Assembly (NCBI GenBank): GCA_963662585.1
Contig: OY759729.1
Span: forward strand, 352,001-416,000
DNA from: Candidatus Cloacimonadales bacterium
GTDB taxonomy: Bacteria > Cloacimonadota > Cloacimonadia > Cloacimonadales > JAFGVF01
DNA: 64,000 nucleotides
Reading direction: 5' to 3'
The notes under the pieces were generated by a model, which saw only the letters and a program-made list of their open reading frames with translations, was not told where the DNA came from and ran no database searches. This document shows positions 59,203 through 64,000 of the stretch, one piece after another (the first letter of the stretch is position 1; each line of letters starts with the position of its first letter). The translations under genes were made by a program, and so were the position numbers.

Positions 59203-61566
59203 TTATAATCCTGTCTTTTTGAATATTTTTCTTAATTTATCAAGAGCTTCTTCTTCTTCTTTAGTGTTGGGAACCTGGTCATTATTCATCCCACTTTGCA
59301 AGTGTGGCACAGGGGATGCTTCATGACCAATAAACCCACTATCATTAAAACTTGATTTTTCGGTACTTAGCTCTGGCATCTTAAATTCAGATACACGCTC
59401 ATCTACCTGTTTCCTAATGATATCACTCTTGGTTTTTATCTCTTTCTCAAGGCGTTTTTGATAACCTAATTGCTTTTTGAGTTGTTTTTCAGAAGTAGCC
59501 TTATCTTCAGCTAATTTTACAAATGGGTGTGTAGTGGTCCTGGCATAAGCCTGACATACAAATCTCTCTTTCTCATCATATATTAAGATAGACCTCATAT
59601 CCATAATGTCATATCTAATATTAATCTTACTTCCCAGCATACCTATTAAGTTGTCATGATAATAGAGAACATTACCAAACTGAACTCCATTATTCCTTAC
59701 ATTCCTACTCTCATTCTTGAGCATCATGAAGTTTAGCTCTGCTAAGCTAATTTGACGGCTCTTAGGAGCTTTAAAACTTCTAAACACCTCATAAGGCTTT
59801 TGACCATTTAAGCCTGTGTGTGGGGTCATTCCGTACATCTCTTGAAAATAGACAGCCATCATATATTTAGCCTGGTCAATAGTAAGTGGCTTTCTCTCTC
59901 TCAAGTTCTTAATCCACTTCTCATTTCTCATCAGGTAAGCAGGCTTATCAGCAATTCCAGCACCTCTAAAAGTATCTACAAACCTCTCAAAATCCTCTTG
60001 CATAGTCTTAAAAAATCTCTCAATCACCTTAGCCCTGGCATTATAAGGCTTAGCAAATGTTACATCAATTCCTAAGCGTGGGTAAATTCCACTAAGATCT
60101 TTGCTTAAATCATGCTCCTTCCAGTTCTCATGAAACAGCTTACTTCTAAAAGCCTTACCATTATCAAGGTAAACAGCAAGTGGTTTATATCCCATATTTA
60201 AGATAGAGTTACGCAAAGCCAATAAGATTTGTTCCGAATCTTCAGTATTAGCAAGAGAAGCTCCTACAGGGTATCTGGAAGCCCAATCAAAATATAATAT
60301 CAGCATCATTCTTTTAGCTTTACCAGTAAGTGGGTCTATAACATCGAAAGAGAGAATATGACCATCAGCCACTAGCACATCACCTACATTTAAGCTATCA
60401 TTTCTTAATAATGTCATGATGCCATTATCTCTAAGATGTTTAATTCCATACCTTAAAGTATTCCATTCCTGAATATTAGTATCTCTCCAAGTTTCTACCC
60501 ATCTTCTTAATGCTCTATCACTAGTTGGAGAATCCATCTTGCCGGACCTGCTCATCTGCTTCATTTTTCTGATAGCTGAACCTATTTTAACTTTGTTATC
60601 ATTCAATAATAGATTTAATAAAAAGCTCTGCTCTTCATCTGTAGCACTACTTACACCAGGTGCCCTGGTTAATCTCACCAAGCTCTTGAAGTCTTTACCA
60701 CTATCAAGATATACATCAACCCAGTTTCTCATAGTCCTGGCTCCTTTTGAGCCCTCCAAAGCATAAAGCTTAGGTGAAAACTTACCTGTGTTATATACTG
60801 AGTTAATACTCTCTATAGCTCGTAACTTACTGCCACACCTTACAGCTTCTCTCAATATCTCTTCGCACAAGTCAGCTTTCATCTGAGCCCTATGAAGTTC
60901 ATCTTCAGGAACAGGTAACTCCTCTTCCAAATTAGGAATGCTCTCATCATATTCAACTACTCCAGCTTCTATACATGGAGCAATCTCTCTATCACTTGGA
61001 ATAAGGTAGTAATTCTTTACTCCTCCCCCAGGGATAGCAACTTTCACAATCTCCCAACCCTTATCTTTAGCTAATCTATAAGCTTTACCCTTGCTTACTT
61101 CATACTTGGCCATAATATCTTCTATTGCTAATGATCCAACAGGAGCTTCTTCAATTCCCCTCAGTGGAGGGGTGGCAGTGTATTTCACTGACGGGGTGCT
61201 CTCTTCAATCCCACTCTTCTCTGATTTTGACTTAGAAGTGTCCAATTTAGAAGTGTCCACATGATCAGGAGTGTCCACATGGTCAGGAGTGTCCACATGG
61301 TCAAAGGTGTCCACATGGTCAGAGGTGTCCACATGGTCAAAGGTGTCCACATGGTCAGAGGTGTCCACATGGTCAAAGGTGTCCACATGGTCAGAGGTGT
61401 CCACATGGTCAGAACTACCAATAAAGATAAATAGTGTTTGAACTAATTTACCATTATGATCAACCATTTCTGTTTTTGTCTTCCATTCACCTTTCTTCAA
61501 TCTTCTTCTGACTGTCTTGGTACTAATACCAAGTCTATCAGCCAATTCTTTAACTGTTAACCACAT
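59203..61566 (-). CDS. MuA-type DDE transposase
   Basis: N-terminal HTH, Mu-type DNA-binding motif (RLAKDKGW...GGG...Y), DDE triad VADGH / YLDNGKAF / AKVIERFF, PH.GLNG..P, Mu-transposase C-terminal barrel (IRYDIMD). Confidence 0.92.
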   Translation of the reverse strand: MWLTVKELADRLGISTKTVRRRLKKGEWKTKTEMVDHNGKLVQTLFIFIGSSDHVDTSDHVDTFDHVDTSDHVDTFDHVDTSDHVDTFDHVDTPDHVDTPDHVDTSKLDTSKSKSEKSGIEESTPSVKYTATPPLRGIEEAPVGSLAIEDIMAKYEVSKGKAYRLAKDKGWEIVKVAIPGGGVKNYYLIPSDREIAPCIEAGVVEYDESIPNLEEELPVPEDELHRAQMKADLCEEILREAVRCGSKLRAIESINSVYNTGKFSPKLYALEGSKGARTMRNWVDVYLDSGKDFKSLVRLTRAPGVSSATDEEQSFLLNLLLNDNKVKIGSAIRKMKQMSRSGKMDSPTSDRALRRWVETWRDTNIQEWNTLRYGIKHLRDNGIMTLLRNDSLNVGDVLVADGHILSFDVIDPLTGKAKRMMLILYFDWASRYPVGASLANTEDSEQILLALRNSILNMGYKPLAVYLDNGKAFRSKLFHENWKEHDLSKDLSGIYPRLGIDVTFAKPYNARAKVIERFFKTMQEDFERFVDTFRGAGIADKPAYLMRNEKWIKNLRERKPLTIDQAKYMMAVYFQEMYGMTPHTGLNGQKPYEVFRSFKAPKSRQISLAELNFMMLKNESRNVRNNGVQFGNVLYYHDNLIGMLGSKINIRYDIMDMRSILIYDEKERFVCQAYARTTTHPFVKLAEDKATSEKQLKKQLGYQKRLEKEIKTKSDIIRKQVDERVSEFKMPELSTEKSSFNDSGFIGHEASPVPHLQSGMNNDQVPNTKEEEEALDKLRKIFKKTGL
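61238..61413. repeat. Nine tandem 18-bp repeats plus one degenerate copy inside the transposase gene
   Basis: GTGTCCACATG at 61253, 61271, 61289, 61307, 61325, 61343, 61361, 61379, 61397; encodes (S/F/P)DHVDT. Confidence 0.95.
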
Positions 61567-61627
61567 ACTACACCTCTTTTAATATTCATAGTAGTGGGGC
61601 CACTATAAGCCCCATTGGCTATGAACA

Positions 61628-61849
61628 TTAATCCTCGTTTTCCTCAAAAGTGGCTAACATTACGCAACCATTATGTACTAATACATGACTATCACTCTTT
61701 AAACAGTCGCTTTTTCTTACATTATCATCTGTGCTAAAGCCTTTGGGCACTGCAAATCCAGTCTCCAACTCTTCAATTCTACTTGCTTCAGCTTCATAAT
61801 CTTTAGTACTTACCAAACATACACCTTTAATCTTTCCATAATTACTCAT
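61628..61849 (-). CDS. Hypothetical phage protein
   Basis: AGGAG RBS; hairpins on both sides. Confidence 0.55.
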   Translation of the reverse strand: MSNYGKIKGVCLVSTKDYEAEASRIEELETGFAVPKGFSTDDNVRKSDCLKSDSHVLVHNGCVMLATFEENED

Positions 61850-61930
61850 TCTTACTCCTTTAATTGATTTTATTCAATTCATAATTACCATAATAGCCCG
61901 CACCACACTGATGCGGGTTCTTTATGGTAA

Positions 61931-62194
61931 CTAAGAGGAGCTTTCTCTTAGCGATTTTTCTTGACTACTTCTCTTATCGATATTAAGAGGTAACTTGCTT
62001 TTGATATTACACCAAACTGCTTTCAAGTCTGAATAATCTGATTTCAGTTTGGTGTTTTCTTGTAATAGCTGGTAATTCTCTGCCTTTAGTTCCATTATCT
62101 TAGCATCCATGGAAGAACGCTTGCCTTCCCCTAATAAAGACACTAATACTACAACTCCTAACACTATACTTAATATAACTACTGCTGTTGTCAT
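61931..62194 (-). CDS. Hypothetical TM plus coiled-coil phage protein
   Basis: N-terminal hydrophobic helix, GAGGAG RBS. Confidence 0.55.
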   Translation of the reverse strand: MTTAVVILSIVLGVVVLVSLLGEGKRSSMDAKIMELKAENYQLLQENTKLKSDYSDLKAVWCNIKSKLPLNIDKRSSQEKSLRESSS

Positions 62195-62197
62195 GAT

Positions 62198-62440
62198 TTA
62201 ACTCCTCTTATTTACTTTGTTTGATGTTTCCATAGCTTGAGCCAATCCCTGCCAGGTGCTTCCATCCATATTATAAATTATTGCTTTTCTTCCATTCTCA
62301 ATCTTCCTGATCTGGCACTCTTCACCAAGATGAATAAGCATAGCAGGATGATAATACCATACACCATCACATGAAATGCCATCTTCTTGCACTAAAGAGC
62401 TTTGCATGTTAAAACTACTCACCATCATAACCTTCTTCAT
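62198..62440 (-). CDS. Small protein resembling the Mu-transposase C-terminal beta-barrel
   Basis: VQEDGISCDGVWYYHPAM..HLGE...IR resembles VRNNGVQFGNVLYYHDNL...LGS...IR in the transposase of this window. Confidence 0.5.
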   Translation of the reverse strand: MKKVMMVSSFNMQSSLVQEDGISCDGVWYYHPAMLIHLGEECQIRKIENGRKAIIYNMDGSTWQGLAQAMETSNKVNKRS

Positions 62441-62669
62441 GCTCTTTGACAGCTTCCTTAATCTCTTTCCAGCCTCTTATCTTCATTGTCTCAAGGTTTC
62501 GCTCTGCATCTGCTATGTCTAAACACATCATTTGATTGTGCTTGATTAGCCCTAAAAGACCATCCTTTAAGATAACGAAATCCACTATCAATATATCAGC
62601 TGAGTTATCCATTAACATATATGTTCTTAGCTTATCGCCTTTTATGAATTGTTTTACTCTTACACTCAT
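62415..62669 (-). CDS. Hypothetical phage protein
   Basis: AGGAG RBS, overlaps the next gene. Confidence 0.55.
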   Translation of the reverse strand: MSVRVKQFIKGDKLRTYMLMDNSADILIVDFVILKDGLLGLIKHNQMMCLDIADAERNLETMKIRGWKEIKEAVKEHEEGYDGE

Positions 62670-62756
62670 CTTAAGCTCCTATTGTTTTTGTTCTTGACTA
62701 AATATCTCATCTCAAATTTATCCTTATTTAACATTAATCTATAAATAGGAGAAATT

Positions 62757-63212
62757 ATGAATCTACCTGACATTGTTAAAATTCCTCTTGCGAAGAAAGT
62801 TCTTCTAAATATCTGGCAAAAGACCTTATCCCCTTACCTTTATCTAATCGAACAGTTTGAGCATAGCCTAACTCAAGACAAGTGCGACGAATTGCGTTCA
62901 TTGAAGAACGAGGAAACAAAATTAGCCGTGCAACAATTGCTATCTTGCTCATCCATGGAAGCTTGCTCTCTAAAACAAATTTATGGAGTGGTACGCAGAG
63001 TTCTCGACGCTTTGGACCTATTAGATCGCTACAGTGATGATTATTCGTTAATTCTAATGACTGATCATCTTCTTTTTCATGATATTTTGGAGTTTCTTCT
63101 CTTAAATATTGAGTACTCTGCTCCTTCTGATCAACGCTTGTATGTCTTCCCAAGTAACCAAATACATGAGTTCTTAAAAAATGCTTTCCCTGGATATATC
63201 CGACTTGAATAA
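62757..63212 (+). CDS. Hypothetical protein on the opposite strand (moron-like)
   Basis: AGGAGA RBS before ATG, AT-rich upstream region, helical composition. Confidence 0.55.
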   Translation: MNLPDIVKIPLAKKVLLNIWQKTLSPYLYLIEQFEHSLTQDKCDELRSLKNEETKLAVQQLLSCSSMEACSLKQIYGVVRRVLDALDLLDRYSDDYSLILMTDHLLFHDILEFLLLNIEYSAPSDQRLYVFPSNQIHEFLKNAFPGYIRLE

Positions 63213-63218
63213 TCTTCT

Positions 63219-63449
63219 TCATCTTACTTTCCTCTTTGATTTAGATGCTCTCTTAGTCTCTACATTACAGGTTGGTTCTGCAAAACCGACCTGTAATTTT
63301 GTTTCATTAACAACTATTACTCTTGCCCCTACAGGTTTACCATTATCAATGTAGATTATTTTACCCTCTCCATACTTCTTAATGCTAGCCATAAGGCTCT
63401 TATGTTGTTCTGCTGTCATTTCGCCCTTAATTTGAATAATATCTTTCAT
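63219..63449 (-). CDS. Hypothetical phage protein
   Basis: GAGGAG RBS, ATGA coupling. Confidence 0.55.
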   Translation of the reverse strand: MKDIIQIKGEMTAEQHKSLMASIKKYGEGKIIYIDNGKPVGARVIVVNETKLQVGFAEPTCNVETKRASKSKRKVR

Positions 63450-63817
63450 CTTACACTCCTCTTTTGTTTTTCTTCTATATCATTAAAGAACTTTACTACA
63501 TCTATCTTGTATCTATCCTGGATAAAATCAGCTAAGCTCTCTTTATCTGGATTATATCCCTGCTCTATAAATCTCTTTTCAGTAGCTTCTAAATCTGTTA
63601 TCAATATCCTGCTATCAGTAAATACTGCTAACACGTTCATGTATGATAAATTTAGAACAATCGCATATAGGAATTTATCATCGAATTGTCTTAAATAAGC
63701 TTGTAAATTTCTCCAATATGGGATTCCTTTCTTGGCTACTGTTAAACAATCAGCTAAAACTGCATTAGCTCGGAAATTGCTAAATAATTCATGTTCTTTT
63801 ATTAGTTTACTGTTCAT
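63446..63817 (-). CDS. Hypothetical phage protein (start probably MNSKLIK)
   Basis: GAGG upstream of ATG 63817; overlaps the upstream ORF stop. Confidence 0.5.
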   Translation of the reverse strand: MNSKLIKEHELFSNFRANAVLADCLTVAKKGIPYWRNLQAYLRQFDDKFLYAIVLNLSYMNVLAVFTDSRILITDLEATEKRFIEQGYNPDKESLADFIQDRYKIDVVKFFNDIEEKQKRSVR

Positions 63818-63998
63818 TTCTTGCCTCTCTTGCCTTAGCAGCTGCCATTCTCTTTTGAGCTTTCTCTCCAGGTATATGAGCAGGGCAATACTCCAGTAAA
63901 TCATGCTTCATTACAAAGTTTCTCACTGTAGATGGACTAACATCGAAGCACTCACCAATATACTTATAGGATTTGTTGTCTTTGATCATATCAATCAC
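63807..63998 (-). CDS. Small HTH protein (may be 5'-truncated by the window edge)
   Basis: SYKYIGECFDVSPSTVRNF HTH. Confidence 0.55.
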   Translation of the reverse strand: MIDMIKDNKSYKYIGECFDVSPSTVRNFVMKHDLLEYCPAHIPGEKAQKRMAAAKAREARNEQ

Positions 63999-64000
63999 TC

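Larger units (their letters stand above)
31846..64000 (-). mobile_element. Transposable (Mu-like) prophage, probably defective; the other end lies beyond the window
   Basis: MuA-type DDE transposase, MuB-type ATPase, GemA- and DUF3164-like genes, terminase, portal, capsid, lysozyme, tape measure; repeated-site array at the tail-proximal end; boundary at TGT 31846 is tentative. Confidence 0.85.

Noticed and set aside
61185..61421. 78-aa MWTPLT-repeat ORF
   Set aside because: Alternative frame of the 18-bp array inside the transposase; open only because the repeat lacks stops.

Overview
AT-rich chromosomal DNA from a diderm bacterium (heptose/LPS genes and an outer-membrane barrel are present; the gene set is reminiscent of Cloacimonadota, which is an unverified impression). 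1-17.6 kb is a minus-strand housekeeping run: der, plsY, purF, heptose kinase and adenylyltransferase, rseC-like, folB, a folK-glmU fusion, HIT, LytR_C protein, rsfS, argS with a long basic tail, a phosphoesterase and a MoxR/DUF58/Bat operon. 17.9-26.8 kb is a type I restriction-modification island (hsdM-hsdS-hsdR plus a coupled membrane protein) bracketed by two mosaic clusters of REP-like hairpins. 27.1-31.8 kb holds a TPR protein, a beta-barrel and two identical tRNA-Asn genes. From about 31.85 kb to the window end lies a transposable (Mu-like) prophage with a MuA-type DDE transposase, a MuB-type ATPase, GemA- and DUF3164-like genes and a non-Mu virion module (PBSX-type portal, protease-capsid-Ig fusion, two tail-tube paralogs, no sheath seen). 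It appears to be decaying: IS1182 in the gpF-like gene, a frameshifted terminase and an in-frame stop in the tail fibre. The most unusual signals are a 9x18-bp array inside the transposase gene, a replication-initiator-domain gene between the transposase and the ATPase, a quasi-palindromic site array at the phage end next to tRNA-Asn, and host REP-like hairpins with covarying stems scattered through the prophage, some inside reading frames. All family assignments come from motif recognition, not database searches.
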